The notes: generated by a model from the letters alone, not told the origin. A stretch of DNA of 64,000 bases from Vicugna vicugna (GCA_013265495.1 MU058241.1:1117249-1181248), one strand, 5' to 3'. Counted from the first letter of the stretch, positions 25,943 to 40,745 are shown. Made by a program: numbers and translations.

Positions 25943-25960
25943 AGGCGCCATCTGGCGCTT
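25943..25960 (-). promoter_or_regulatory. CTCF core motif, reverse
   Basis: Reverse complement reads aaGCGCCAGATGGCGCct, close to the CTCF consensus. Confidence 0.45.
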
Positions 25961-28429
25961 TATGGATAGGCACAGCTCTGCTCAGCCAGGTGCTTTATAC
26001 TCCTCTGAATGCACACAGGGACAACTCTAACTGCTTGATATTACAAAAAGGACCTTCCTGTTCAAGAGACCAACTCGACATACTGCTCTCTTTCTTTGCC
26101 ATGTAGGGGGTGCAGTGGCTCAGAAATGGAAATCTTTATACAGGAAAAACACGTTGAAAGTCTAATGGACTCAGGGAGGCTCAGCGTCCTCACAATTTGA
26201 GGGTGACAACCCAACTGCCTCTTTGGAAAGGGGTTTTATGGACAAGCATTCCAAGCAGGTGACAGGGGACTTAGCAATTAACTCTCATTGTTACGTATGA
26301 GGTGATTTTCACCCAGAATCTTCTAGGACTTCTTAAACGCTTTGCATTAGGTCATCCTTGGTTGATCTCATAATCACATTATTCCACAAAGTGTATCCAT
26401 GCAGCTCTGGACATTTCCACGTTGAAAGACATTCCACACTGATCGGATTCACTCAGAATGGACTTTGATCAACAAGACTGTCTCAGTATCCACAGAAGGG
26501 TCCTGAAAACACATTGCTTAATCTGAGCAAAACCAGATTGGGATAATCTCTCCACACCTCCCTCATTCTTCCGAGCAGGTATAGTAAGGAGCTGATTCTC
26601 TCCAAATATTGAATGAACTCAAGCACCTTATTCAGAGGGATTGTCTGGCTTTCACGACGTTTCATTTCACATTTTCATTTCAGCTCACTGACTGCGTGTC
26701 CTCTCCAAGGACGCAATCCTTGATTGGATAGTGAAGTTCCTTTTTGTCCTGTAGCCAGTCATTAAATCACTCAACACTTTTTTTTTCAGGGTTTTTATAT
26801 CCGGTATGTGCTCATTTCTTTGCTGACTGCTGGGAATGCAAATGTAAGAAAGACATGGTTTCTGCCCTCCAGTCTAGTACTAGAGAGAGACTTGCAAACA
26901 AGGAATTCCAGTACAGTGTGCTGTGCATCATGATAAAGCAATGTGCACGGTGCCCTGAGAATCAGAGGACGGACACCCAGAGAGTATTAGGAGAATCAGG
27001 AAAGAGACTTAGAATGGCACTAAATGTCTCTTTTGATTCCCCCCTTTCCTCAATGTCTGGGGAAATCTTTCTTTTTCAAATTAGGTAATTGTAAGGGTAT
27101 AAATTTCTTGGGCTCTAAATCCTAATAATAGGAGTCATACTTTTCTTTTTTGAATAATAGGAGCTCACTGTTTGCTGAGGAATACCAACAGTCAGACCAC
27201 TGGAAATTTGAAATCACGGAAAGTGCCAGCATTTTGCAATGGGTTTTTCTGAGCCTCGTGAAAGAAATCTCTGATACATCAAAACCAACCTCTGGCTTTC
27301 ACCCACAATACACCAACAAAACAGTGACAACCGCAGTCACCCAGAGAGCGCGCAGGATCTGCGGGGTATCACACAATCCCTGGGTGCCACGAGGAGGTGA
27401 AGGCACTAACACTAGGGGACAGGAACTTCTACTGTCCTTGATTTCCATCAAATGGATTTCAATGGAAACATTTTGTCTTCCTAGATCTGCACTTCTGATT
27501 GGGTCATTCCAGAACGATACGCCCAACAATGAGAAGAATTCCTTGCTATTATCACAGAGTCATGCCCCCATCCATGGATTGATACATGGACTGGATACAG
27601 ACTTCCTGTGTATCCCCTAAAAGCCAGACTACTGGCTGAGAAGTATCTTAGTTATTCTGGTGCATGTATATTCTGGGTTATGCTGGCCTCACTGCCAAAA
27701 TCAGGTTTGACATCAGCTAAGAAAAGTCTCAGCCAAGAAGATGGCATCATAGCCTGTTGGAGCAACAACAGATCAAACCCTCTTGGTCAATATCAAACTT
27801 CCATTTGGACATGGGTCTCACAAACGTCCTCAGGCATGTCACTTCCAGGATGGCCCACAGTGCCCTGGACGGCGCTCACAAAACAAGTGCTGAGACAGCT
27901 GATAAAGCTGTTGATTCGTTTTCTAAATTTAACTTCCCAAGTAACAATTGCTAGCATTCACAAGAAGGTGCTTTCAGCAGTGGACAGAGCAATGAGATGT
28001 GCTCCGCGTAAATGAATCAGCTGAGAGGAGAACCGCAGTGTCACAAAACGTAGGTGGGTGACATGGGAACACAGCGCAGTTCTATTTTAAAGAGTTCTTA
28101 TTTATTATCAAAGCAAAATTAAGAAATTCCCTCAGCTTGAGACTCTCAAGAAGCACCCTGCTTACTCCCATGGTCTTCAACATGACTCCAAAGCAACCTG
28201 TCAAAGCCCATGGTGGAAACTATATTCCATTCCTTTCAGACGGGAAGTAGGTTCCCAAAGGCTCAGCTCCTTATCAGCAGGGGGCGGCATAACTTCTCAT
28301 CCTAACCTTGACACTAGAGAGGGAAAGGGCATGGCTAACCAGCTGGGACACTGGGCAACAGATGTCGGCCGTAACTGTCCCGGGGAGACAGGTGGCGACC
28401 CCAACCATCAGAAAGAGGCTTGTTGGTTC

Positions 28430-28722
28430 CAGTCAGTCATTTTTGCCCCTGACTACGCATTAGAATCATCTTGGGAGAAAACACACACACACACACGCAC
28501 AGACAAGCATACATCTACACTTACATACACGTACACACGTCTACGTGCACAAATACATATGCATACACATACACACACACACATCCATATACTGAGATGT
28601 CCAAGTCCTACTCCAGACCAATTAAGTAAGATTTCCGAAAATGCAGTGAATCTCAGACTTCAAGAATTTGTAGAAGCTCCCCCTAAGTGCTACACATAGG
28701 CAGCTGGGCTGAGGACCACTGA
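28430..28722. mobile_element. MER5-like hAT remnant interrupted by a (CA)n microsatellite (~28480-28590)
   Basis: gcattagaatcatcttgggag...ccagaccaattaagtaaga...aagctccccctaagtg...gggctgaggaccactg. Confidence 0.65.
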
Positions 28723-28889
28723 AATGGAAAATCTCCAAAGCCTTCCCAGCTCTCAAATTACGGGATCATGATTCCTGAGAATGTATTTGCCACCCTGGTT
28801 ACAGTCAAACTTTTATAAAGGCATACTAGAACCACATTTCTAGAACACAAAATATTTCATACCAGCACGACAGCAGTCAACATTAATGT

Positions 28890-29335
28890 ATGAAGAGTTT
28901 ACACTTTACAACATACTTTCTCAGCACCATCTTTTTTTTTTTCTCATATTAACTTCATGAGAAAGTCAGGTTGGTTACTATTATTACTGACTATGTATAG
29001 GTGAGGAAACTGAGGCTTACCAGATGAAATCCATAGGTATTAGTCATATTACACAACGAGCATGTGGAACAGCCACGATCACACCTAGACTGGGAACGGG
29101 AGCAGACAGGAGCAGGTGCCTGGGATTCCTGCCGCACAGTCTTGAGCTCCACTTCTGTCACTTCTTAGCTTGATAAACTAGGACAAGCTACGTGACCTCT
29201 GCATGCACTATCTGTAAAACTGAAATAAAACTGATACGTGCTTTACAGTGTGGTGTGGCTGTAAGCACTGCACGAGCTTTCACGTGGCAGGACTTAACAC
29301 CCTGTGCAACAAACACTAACAATTATTATTGTTGT
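28890..29335. mobile_element. Two adjacent MIR fragments
   Basis: ggtgaggaaactgaggctta (one orientation) and gtgacctctgcatgcactatctgtaaaactgaaataaaa (the other). Confidence 0.6.
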
Positions 29336-30864
29336 GATTGTTACTATTTTGCTACTGTTACTCCTTCTCTTCCTCCTCCCCCTTCCTTTACTGCTATAAC
29401 TACCATCACCAGGACTGATAATCATCATTCCTGCTCTAAAGGCAGAGTAAATGGCCCTTCAGACAAGCTTAATCACAGCAAAACCCTCTGAGCTAATCTT
29501 TGCCCTCTTCCCACACAGCCTCCCACAAAACCAAAAGGAAACATGAATAATCTTCAAATAAGACGCTCTAAGGAATCAGACAGCCCGGAAGTGTTGCCAC
29601 GTGGAACTCCGGAAGTCTCTGGCAGATCCAGCAAACAATCAGACTCTAAGCAGACGATCAGATGGATTTAGAAACCTGATTGGAAGCCACCTTGCAGATA
29701 AGCAGCTCTGGGCGGCCTTCCAGAAGAACCTGCTGATCAGCGACAGGGGTGCACTTCATGGGCAGCCTCCAACCGCAGACCCCTGGGATCTGCTCTGTGT
29801 TTGTATGGAGGCCACATTCTCCTCGGGGAAGCTCCCACTGCTGGTGCAGTACTGGCCTCAGTACTGGGGTCTGACCATTTCCGCCCAGTGGCACTGCTCT
29901 CCAGGCCATCTCTGCACTGGAGCTCCCATGGGCCAGCAGTGCAACCCCTGGCTCTTCCTACCCACTCCTCCCCCAATGCCCCATCCTTTCACGGTCTCAG
30001 ATGACACTGTGGTGCGTGCAAAGACCTCCTGGTGAAAAGTAACAGCCAAGATACCCCCAAACATGTCCAACAACCCCACCAGGGACAGCAGGGCAGCACC
30101 CTACTCAACTGAGATGCAATGAAAAAGACACAAGATTGTTCTGTTCCAAAATTCTATTGTTTCGTGATTTTCTAAGAGTTTATTTACTGGAAAACTTCTT
30201 CGGAGTTATAAAACATGTCTGCCTTGTCTCTCTTTCTAAAGGAGTGTCTACAACAGGAGGCTTAAAAGAAAGTGACTATAGATCATGTTCTATTCATGTC
30301 ATCTTTGTTGTGCAAATTAAATTTGCTTTGCCACATTAACTCAAAGATACGAATATTTTAATAATGCCAGATCTATAAATTGCAAGAAAAATGCACTAGA
30401 ATTTTTAAACTTCTTTAGTACCAAAGAACCGGATTTCTTGAAACTGTATTTTTTCATCTAGCAAGAAAGGTATTCTAGATTACTGGATTTCCACTTTAAC
30501 CATTTAATTTCATTCTCATGTTAATTCATGTTTTTCAGCATATTGAAAACACTAATAATCAGATGCTTTATGCTAAAGGGTAGACAATTTGAAAATAGCT
30601 GGATCTAGTAATCTAAATGTTTTTAATCTTAATATTATTGTGGTTAAGGAGAACAGCAAAAAAAAAAAAGCCATGTGCCCAAGTTGTTCTATATTCTTTG
30701 CATATATTAACTCATTTAGCTTTAGAAACATTTTAAAATTGAAGCAAAATCATTATCTTTTCGTACATATTAACAAACATTTTACAGATTATTTGATCTC
30801 ATGAATTAAATGTTTCTAATGTTAATATTGTTATGGTTTAAGATAATAACAACATAATAGTTAA

Positions 30865-31062
30865 ATAGTACTTACTATGCAACATATAAAATTCTAGGTT
30901 TCTTACATGTATTAACTTATTTAGCCTCATACACATTCTGTAATTTAGGTATAATCATTATCCATAATTTATAAATTAAGGAACTGAAAACCAGAGAGGT
31001 TAAGTAACTTTCCCAAGGTGACACAGCTGTAAGTGGCAGACCCTGGATTTGAACCAGTCTGC
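30865..31062 (-). mobile_element. MIR SINE
   Basis: aggaactgaaaaccagagaggttaagtaactttcccaaggtgacacagctgtaagtggcagaccctggatttgaacc (MIR core). Confidence 0.8.
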
Positions 31063-31714
31063 ATGAACCAGGAAAAACAAACGCTGACTTACCTTAAGCC
31101 ACGTCAATTAAATTTCTAGTCTGTAAGTGTGTACGTGGATGTAAATGTATCAGTGCACATGCAAACTGAGTAATTTTAAGTCAAACCTATTTGACTTAGA
31201 CAAATCCAACTGAATGTTAAAATTCCAATAGTCCTGATCATTGTCAAAGTACTCACCCAAAGTATTCGAGGCATGTTCACGGTGCCTTGGCAGCCCACCC
31301 GCCCTGCTTCAGGGAGGCTCATGTTGCTGAACAGCTGCTCCTGGAAGGGATGTGAAGAGTTAGCAAGGCCTGCAAGCAAAGCCAGCTCAGCGCTCAGACC
31401 CGCTGGGTTTCCATCCAGAACTAGAATTTTCCAGTTACGCTTCAATTATCTCGTCGGAGCTCTTGGAGTCAGTTAGCAGCCCACACCTACTGTGTCCCCT
31501 TCCCTCTGCTACATCCGGGAGGTTTTAAAAGGTAAGTGTGACTCCAACACTCTACTGAACGAGCAGGTGCTCACAGGAAGAGTCCAATTTACAGCAAATA
31601 TTTATCACTTGCCTTTCTATGGGATATTCAAAAAAATACCTTAAACTTCAGAAGATGGTTCCAAAAAAAGGGCTCCCTGCTTTATCTGTGACTATGATAC
31701 AATCCTCATGAATG

Positions 31715-32248
31715 TTTTTTCCCCCAGTTTCACTGAGATACAGCGGCACACCCCACTGTAGACATTTTAGCTGCAGAACATAATGATATGACTTACGTAC
31801 ATCATGAAATGATGACCACACGATTAGGGAACATCCATCATCTCATACAGATAGAACATTAAAGACATAGAAAAAAACAAGCATTTTTCCTTGTGATGAG
31901 AACTCTCAGGATTTACTCTCTTAACAACTTTGATATGTAGCATACAGCAGTGTCCATCATCTTTATCATGCGGTACATTACATCCCTAGGACTTACTTAT
32001 CTTATAACTGGATATTTGTACCTTTTGACTACCTCCATCTAATTTCCTCTTCCCACTCCCACCTCTGGTAACCACAAACCTAATCTCTTCTCTGAGTTTG
32101 TTTGATTTGAAGTATAATTGACCTAAAACGCTATGTTAGTTCCTGATACTCAACACAGTGATTCGATATTTCTACACATTTCAAAATGATGACCAAGATA
32201 AGTCGAGTTACCATCTGTCCCCACACAAACACATTACGTAATGATTGA
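31715..32248 (-). mobile_element. L1 (L1MA-like) 3' region, antisense
   Basis: aacatccatcatctcatacag...ccttgtgatgagaactctcaggatttactctcttaacaacttt...cttataactggatatttgtaccttttgac...cctctggtaaccac. Confidence 0.82.
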
Positions 32249-33567
32249 TGGTCTGATTAATGCACTTTTAAACTCTTTACCCACACTCTGGAATCCACTG
32301 GTCACTATTCAGCTGAGGAGTCTTGTTTTCACATGTGAGCTGACTCCAGGGGCTGGGTTGGATTAACATTAAAATCACCCGGTGCCATCTTAGTTTAAGG
32401 GTTAAACTCCTTTCTCGCAATGACTGGGCGTCACCTTTCTCCCTCGTTAAGACTGTGGCCCACCTCTCTCATCATTATGACATCCACAGGGCCTCTGAAA
32501 ATGGCAACACACAGAGGCCTCTCTGTCGACACTGCTGAATAAACACATCCATAGTCGAGGGAGACAGTTCATAAGCCCTTGCCGTGACTGTGTTGAATAA
32601 ATCACTTCCTGAGTTCTGATAGATGTGTTAAAAAAAAATCTATCATGTCACTTTATAGATATCCTTGCTCTTCAGGCGTGTTTAATACTTCTAGCACTGA
32701 CACCCAGGGCCTGCCGTAACTTATAAATTTATCAAGACACAAATTCAGACAGCATGGTTGTTCAAGCGGGTGGGGAGACATCATTTAGGCGGTGAAAACG
32801 CAGCCTAGTAAATAATTAAACATCAGCATCTGAGATAATCTTTGTTCTCTTCACATCCCTCACAAGTGGGCACTCTTACGTGTTAAAAGGAAATTCGCAA
32901 GTCTAGGTTACTGATTAGCTGCCTGAAAGCAATACGCAAAAAGGAGCCTTACATACAGTTAATATTAGGTCATTGACTATATAAGCAATTAAGTTATCGG
33001 CAATTATTTGGTTAGCCTCTCTCACACTGATCGCTTTCTACGTAATGCTTTGCACTAAGTTTGAGGCAGAAATCGCTAGAAAGCACATTATATGTTACAT
33101 TTCCCTATGTGTGTGGGATATATATCGTACACATTAATTTCACATGGGTAGACAATGTTTTGTTTATTCTAATTTGTATTTGTCTGGATTCTCTAAATTT
33201 TCTATGGGGAATACGTGTTTCTTTAGAAATAAGTACAATTATTTTATTTCTCAACAAATTAAACTCTCACAGGGCTAGAAATAACTCACACTTCTTTTGT
33301 GAAATAATTATTCCCCCTGGAGTGCATATGTACACTCACACATAAACGTAGTTTAAAAGCCTATTTTCATGACCTAGCAGTTACATTAGCAATAGTTCTA
33401 ATTATGAGAGTTAATTAATAGAGAATTACACTAGTTAATACAGAAATTCTTATGTTTACTTTTTAAATTTAGCTTTCTTCACTAAAAAATATGAGTTCAT
33501 AAAGTGGACTCATAAAGTAATGTCTACTTGGAAACTCAATGAACATTTCAGATAAAAATAAACATAG

Positions 33568-34092
33568 ACTACTCAGCCATAAAAAAGAATAAAATAATGC
33601 CATTTGCGGGAATACGGATGGACCTAGAAATTGTCATCCTAAAGTGAAGTAAGCCAGAAAGAGAAAGAAAAACATCATATGATATCGCTCATATGTGGAA
33701 TCTAAAAAAGGAAATGAAAAGAAAAGACAAAGAAAAAAAGGACCCTATGAACTCATCTACAAAGCAGAAACAGACTCACAGACATAGTGAACAATCTTAT
33801 GGTTACCGGGGGAAATGAGGTGGGAAGGGATACATTTGGGAGTTTGAGATAGAAGGGATACGGAGTTTGAGATTTGCAAATGTTAGCCATTACATATAAA
33901 AATAGATTAAAAAACAAGTTTCTTCTGTAGAGCATAGGGAACTATGTTCAATACCTTGTAATGGTCTTTAATGAAAAAGAATGTATGTGTGTATATGCGT
34001 GAGTGGGACATTGTGCTGTACACCAGAAATTGACACATTGTAACTGACTGTACTTCCATTTAAAATAAAATAATAAAATAATAAAAAATAAA
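33568..34092 (+). mobile_element. 5'-truncated L1 (end of ORF2 plus 3' UTR)
   Basis: actactcagccataaaaaagaataaaataatgccatttgc...aagtgaagtaagccag...acagactcacagacatag...gaaattgacacattgtaactgac plus (TAAAA)n tail. Confidence 0.9.
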
Positions 34093-34496
34093 CATAAGAA
34101 CAGTCTAAACAAGAAACTATACTCTACAGCCATTTGACTTTTGTTCAAGACAGAACTGAATTCATCTATCCATGAAATCCGTAAGTACTCTACAGAGTCA
34201 AGGTGAAAGGGGGAGGGGATGAGAAGGACAAAAACGTCCATATTGATCTAAGGTGTCCTCCTTCCGATGTTCATATATTTGATTTTATAGGGAGATTTCA
34301 GTCATGACTCAAGGAAGCCACCCCAAGTGGCCCTTTTGATGCAGCATGTATAGACTCAAAGGGATGGTAATCATTTGGTCTGAAAACTTCCTGACTTCTG
34401 TGTGGAGGTGATTTGGGGAATGGTAAAATACAGACAGTGGAGAAACCACTGGTTGGTAACTGGACTGAGGCCACATTAAACTGAGACTTCCTTCGA

Positions 34497-34600
34497 ATAT
34501 ATGTATGTATATGCAAGCCTGGGACATTGTGCCGTACACCAGAAATTGACACACTATAACTGACTGCACTTCAATTAAAACAAAAAACAAAACAAAACAG
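34497..34600 (+). mobile_element. Short L1 3' end
   Basis: ctgggacattgtgccgtacaccagaaattgacacactataactgactgcacttcaatt plus (AAAAC)n tail. Confidence 0.8.
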
Positions 34601-37600
34601 CCCTCCTTGGCTCTCTCAACCCTGGCTTCTCCCTGGCATTTACATCCTTCTGGGGTTTGGGGTGTTCCATGCTTATCAGCCGGCAGGGGGCAGCCTGGAA
34701 ACAGTTATGGAGAACAATAAACATTTTGACTGTGCCAAGAAACCTATTTTCACAGGTGGGTCAGATCCATCTGGCATTAATTTTGTGGGGTTACATACGT
34801 CATCTTGAAGGATGCATGGCCACTCTTCTGAAAGTCACTCATTAACTAAGGGCAAACACTGCTGAGAATCCGCTATGCTTAATTGCTACTATGGCTTTAA
34901 TCTGATTCCTTGAACAAAATCAAGGATCAGAAGTTTTCTCCAGTCTTTGAGAACAACCAATGAATGACTGGGGGGAAGGGAAACTGTTAAGATAGTGATA
35001 ATAATCTCTCAACAGAGTGTATACTAAAACCAGCCTTTATAATTTTCCAGTAAACTGTTACTCTGGTGAACCTGGTTTTCATTCCTTTGCTCCCTTATGT
35101 TGGCCAGGTCATCCAGGAAAAGAGCTTTAGCGTGTGTGAAGCCACTTTCTTTACCTGTTGCAGAGCATTTACTGTGGAGATGGAGGTGAGGAATGTAACT
35201 TGATTAGCAAAGGTACACAGCATGGGTTCAGTAACTGTTTCCTGATTGTTAATTATGATTATGCTTTATGCACAGGACATTTAACCGAGAACAAAGGATG
35301 CAGCAGAAAACATCAGGAGTTTTTGTCCAGCCCATGAGCCTCCAGGCCTGGGCGCCTACACCTGGCCATTCCTCACTGGTTGGACCAGGGATGGATCCTG
35401 ATACACATCTGGCCAATCATACATTCTCTCTGCCAGAAATACAGCCCAGAGGGACAGGGACATGACTCTTTCGCCCATGGCTGAACTGAGGCTCTGTAAA
35501 CTTCAAAACGAGGGGCTCCATGTTTGATCACGTGCACTCTGAGAAGCAGAGAGCAGATGTCCTGAGAGGATGGGGAATGCGAAGCTGCCCGAGAGTCCAC
35601 AGGGCCCTGGCCAGCCACAGGGGAAGCACGCCTTCTGAGGGCTTTCCCCTTCCTAGAGCCCATCTTCTGGGCTGCCACATTTCCCTGGGTTCTATATTCT
35701 AACAAGAATTTTCTTCATCCATATACGATGATTTTTGCTTTTACTCTGAGCAACTGAAGGAGACTGAACCAAGGCAATAAAATCTCCGAAACAGATTCTT
35801 TTAGAGTTCCTTATTTTTTAAGTAGAACCCAATAGTCAAGACAGTCTCATTTCAGGCGTAGAAGAAAATTTCTTCTCTCCCCTTTCCCTCCCAGATAATG
35901 TCTGGGTATACAGGAGAATACCTCTGAGCAGGGCTAGCGTGATAGGCCCCACGCTTAGGACCCCACACCTGGTTTAACGCTCTGCTGTCACCATCTGGGA
36001 ATTCGTGATAATCTTCTCTTTGCACTTGCGTTTGATAAGTGAAGTCCAATGGGACAGTAACGTATCCACACGAATGAGTAGAGAGGATGTGTGAAATGCA
36101 CATTTCTGCTTTTCCTTGCCACCATGCACAGGGTCTGCGATGCCAGGAGGGCAGAATTAAGGAAGAGCCACAAGGTGTGGGAGGTCAGGAAGTCTCCCAG
36201 CAAGCAGAAGGTAAGCACGCTGCATCCAGGAGGGAGCCCGCTAGGGTGCTGCCAGCCTCAAAGGACACGTTATCCTGTCCCCACCGGGACCTTCTACAAA
36301 TGCAGAAAGCAGGCAAGCATGCAGTAAGAAACACAAATGACTGAGATAGAACCCTATTACGTCCCTTCTCCCTCAAGTCACTTCCCTGTATCGGCCAACC
36401 TCTTATGCTAGAGGTGATGACACAGAGGGCAAGCAAAAGACAGAGTGACTCAGTTCCTTTTCCTTTCAGTCCGTGCACACTCGTCAGGCAGAGGATGTTG
36501 GTGAAGTGCCTATGTATTGAGAAGCTAAATCGAAACAATTGGGTTGGTTTTGCACAGCATCCTTACTGGTCTGGTAAAAAGGAGACATACATGCATGTGT
36601 GAGCTACAAATGATGAGCTGTGTGATGTTGCAGATTCTGCACCCTAAATGGTCTGATGTTTGTCTCTAACGTGGGCATCAGGCGAGGGCCACGTGAGTGG
36701 TAAAATTCATGACAAAATGCAAAGTTTAATTTTTATTTACTTAGAAAAACATGAAATAGCAAATAAAGTCCATGACAAGTTGAGACAGACAGACCATGGA
36801 AGTGAGGAAAAAGCTTTCAATGGCACTTTTTTCCTCTGAACAAGCTCCTTGAGCAAAGGTTCTTGTCTTTCCCTTTTGCACCAGAGCCCGCAAACTTCGC
36901 ACTGTGCATTGTTCCCGGGGCTCTGTGGCACAGGTGGAGATGGGGCGTGTGATCCGGTAGCAGGCAGGCTCTGTGCTGGGCTCTGCTGGTCTGGTCTGGT
37001 TCCTGGACCAGCATTCACTGAGGTCAGCTGGCATTCTGAAGTGCCAGGTTCGTTCCTGCTCAAGTTGAGTCCATGGTCTTGGTTTTTTGTCTCAGTTCAA
37101 ATTCCACCAGGACTGCAGGCTCTGTACCCCAATCTCTGGCCGGTCCGAGTCTCCCAGCCCTCTACCACTGCTCAGCAGGCTGTGCAGAATGTTCCAGACC
37201 TCCTGATGACCAGGCTGAGGCTTCCTTTAGCACCGACTTTTTGCCTAGGCACCGCCCTCTCCCAAACCTGCACGGTGGCTCTGGCGCCACAGTGGCCACA
37301 TTGACAACTCCAAGAATCACGGTTGTCAACCCTGGCCACATGGGACTCACCGGCAGCTGCCTGGTTTTCCCTGATGATGATATTGACGTCCAGGCTCCAT
37401 TGCAGAGTAACCAAAAGCAGCAGAATTAGGAACCACTGCACTAGAGTATCAAGCCCCCCAAAGCTACGTCCGGGGAAATGGGTGTGGCCTTTACTCGTCC
37501 CCCTGGGTCCACGAGCCCCTGCTGACCCATGAGCATGAGAAGCACGGGGACTAGAGCTCTACTACGCTATCTCCGCGTCCCTGCTTCCTCTCCTCACTCA

Positions 37601-40469
37601 GCTGTGATAGTGGGTGGGATGCGTCTTCCCCCTTTGCTCAGGCAGAGACGTGCCCTAAATTATACCCTGAATTCCGTCCATCCCCAGGTAGCCAAACCAA
37701 ATTAGCATTGCCGGCGCCATCACATGACCCGAAGTGGAGGCCACAGGCCTAGAGGCTGCACCAAAGCTTTGGGCATGAACGGCCCTGCCTTGTTTTAACA
37801 AACAAGGAGAGAAGGAAAGTCTAAGTTTTGAGAACTTGAGTGTGTAACGGTTTGGAGCAGGACTAGCCTCTAAAGATCATGGAAAGGTGCAGGTGGACCA
37901 CATCATCACCAGATTCCCTGATCAACGTCTTTAAGACGATGATGGTGGTGAACACCCCTGAGTGCACATCTGCTTCTGTACAGCCGGCACTGGGGAGGCA
38001 GCCTGGCAGAGCAGTCAAGAGCCGCATCCCGGCTCTGCCAGTGATGGAGTGTGATCTCGACAACGTTATCTCTTTGTGCCTCATTCTGCCATCCCTGCCA
38101 GGTGAGTGCTGCCGTGGGTACCGACCCCGCCGGCTTCACGGGAATGTCAAATGCACTGACACATGCAAGGCCGTCAGAAGAGGCAAACAGTAAGGACCGC
38201 GGCAGTGTGTGTTAAATAAACAAAAATGAATACACATTTGGCATCATTTCTTTCCTCTAAGCACCAAAATACAAAGCGAATAAAAAGTACACCTGTGGAG
38301 TTTCTGTGTTGCAGAATGTATCTAAGTGATTTGCCATTCTAGCATAGAAAGTACAAAACAAACAAACAAAAAAAGGGCTATGAGTCAAATCTCAAGAAAC
38401 ACACATGAATAATGGGAACACCTATGATTTTAAAAATTATGTGTCAACATCTGATGAAAACAGACATTGGGTGGGCGTTAGGTAGAAGCACAAGTGGGGT
38501 TAGTGACATGAAGCTGTTGTCTACCTGGTTATGAGGCCTTTCTCTTCAGACATTAAGCAAACATGTTACTTTAGTTTATTTTCTAACAGAAGGAAAATCA
38601 CCTTTACATTGGTCTATGTTCACAGAATGGTGAAATTAAGTTTACTGATATTCTAAATGTTCTCTTATGAATGTTTCCTACCCCCACAGAATCCGAATTT
38701 TTTCTATGATACAACTGGGAAAACGTGGCCATCTTTGGCGACGAGTTAATTTTCTAAAATTTAGAGTGTCTGAAAAAAGTGAACAAAAATAAAATTTGGC
38801 ATAAACATACGTGAAGAGATAGGAAAATGTACTTTCAGAATTACGATCACCTTCTGGAGACCCTTAACCTTACGGCTCTGCCTTTACAGTTGCTTTTTAC
38901 CTGAGATGTGGACTGGCAGCCCCTCCAACGACTCTGTTAGGAAGTTTACTTTCTGCACATGGCCCTTCAAAAGCATGCTGAGTGGGCCCATGCTCCCTCA
39001 AGGTGAGGAGAGACAGAGGGAAGTACTGGAAAGAAAGCCTGGTGCTTAAAATGACAGCATAAACAGTGCTCTCTGGCTTCCGTACGGGAATTTAGAAACT
39101 CAAAACTAACATTAGGCTGGACATGTGGGCTTCCTCAAACAGTGGGTGCTGTGGGAATGACTGTCAACGTGCCGTCTCCTTCACTCACAGAGGGTGAATT
39201 CTGTGTTTCCATTCTTTTAAATATACCTGTCTATTGGGATCTAGGACAGTTCATCAGAGCTTGGGAATTTTTTACCCCAGGAAAAACTGAATCAGTCCAT
39301 ACGATTCAACAAACACGGTTCCCTAACACGATCCCACTTTAACAGTCACCACTCAGTTGCTAGTGCTCTGAGAACTCAAGCCCTAACAGGAGATTTTGAA
39401 ATTCCACATCAGCCTGGGTCCTTTCAAAATTTCACTCTGACCTCCATTTCAGACTTCTGACCCATTTTACCAGTTTGTTTTGCAGTTTTCCAAATAGGGA
39501 ATGCATCTGTATAGTCTGGAGTATTATTTCACTTCTGTCTCAGAAATTCTGTGAAGATGCTGTAAAGAATGTTTTTGAAAGTCTGTGTTAGTGGTATATT
39601 TAATTTTGGTTTTAAAATAAAATATGAACTCCATTAGTGGAACTCAATAAATGGTGACTATACTCTTTTCCAAAATGCTTTGCAGTAAGGGATGATGGGA
39701 AGATATTTGGGCTTTCTACTGTACAAAATGTTTTTGGTAGAAGGGTATTGTCACTGCTGTCAACTACTTTCAAAAACAAACATTTACTCAGCATTTACTT
39801 CTCTGACCCGATTTGTGAAAAATATCCTTGCTAGGACTCCGAGATCTACAGCTTCCTGCAGGGAAATTTATCACAGGGAAACACTCACATCCAAATCACA
39901 GTGACTTGGTGAACAAGCGTCTTCTGCCATCTCTAGTATCCCAAAAAGCCCATATAATTCAAAAAAGGCAAGCAAAACTATTGTTAATTCAATGCTGAAC
40001 AACCTTTACGCCAAATAATGTGTACTGTTCATCTAAACGCATCTAAAACTGCAACCAACTTTTCAGTGCACCAAACATCACAGTTGTGTTCTTATTTGTT
40101 TGGGAAAATACTCACCAGATGAATATGTATCACGCTGTTTTATTTTCCTAAAGGACCAACTTTCTCTGTTTTCTATAGAGATTATAGCCGCACTTTTGCT
40201 TGTTTAATTCAACAAATATTTGTCAGATCCACAGGGGATATGCTGGTTTAGACTGCCAGACCTCTTCCTAGGGAGGAGCGCCCAGTGCCTCCATCTGGAC
40301 CTGGCAATGCTTCCCTGCATTCCTGTCCATCGTCTGCATGGCTCTCGCCCACCCCATCACAGGCTCACATCATTGTATCACAATTTGCTGTTCACGTGAA
40401 CTCTTCCAGGGACATGCATGTGACAAAAATAGAACCAGCAGGAGTCTTTTTCTAAGTTTGAGAGCTGGG

Positions 40470-40745
40470 CAGTGAAAGAAGAACTTTCCCACTGATACTC
40501 TAAGAGGCTGTGAGGCTTCCAGCAGCCTCCTGGGGATGTCCTGACTGCAGAATGAAACCAAGCCCAGAACAATAGACAGGAAATGGCACAATGGTGGCCT
40601 TCTAGCATCCACTGCATGCATGATCCAGCCATATCTACAGTTAGTCCTGCCTCTAAACCTCCCGATTACTTGAACCAGCCATTTTCTTCTTGCTTAAGCC
40701 AATTAGATATCTGAAACATACCAACTAAACATTCCCAACTCTCAC
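40470..40745 (+). mobile_element. Old MLT1 (J/K-like) LTR fragment
   Basis: gatccagccatatctacag...cctcccgattacttgaaccagccattttcttcttgcttaagccaatt. Confidence 0.5.
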
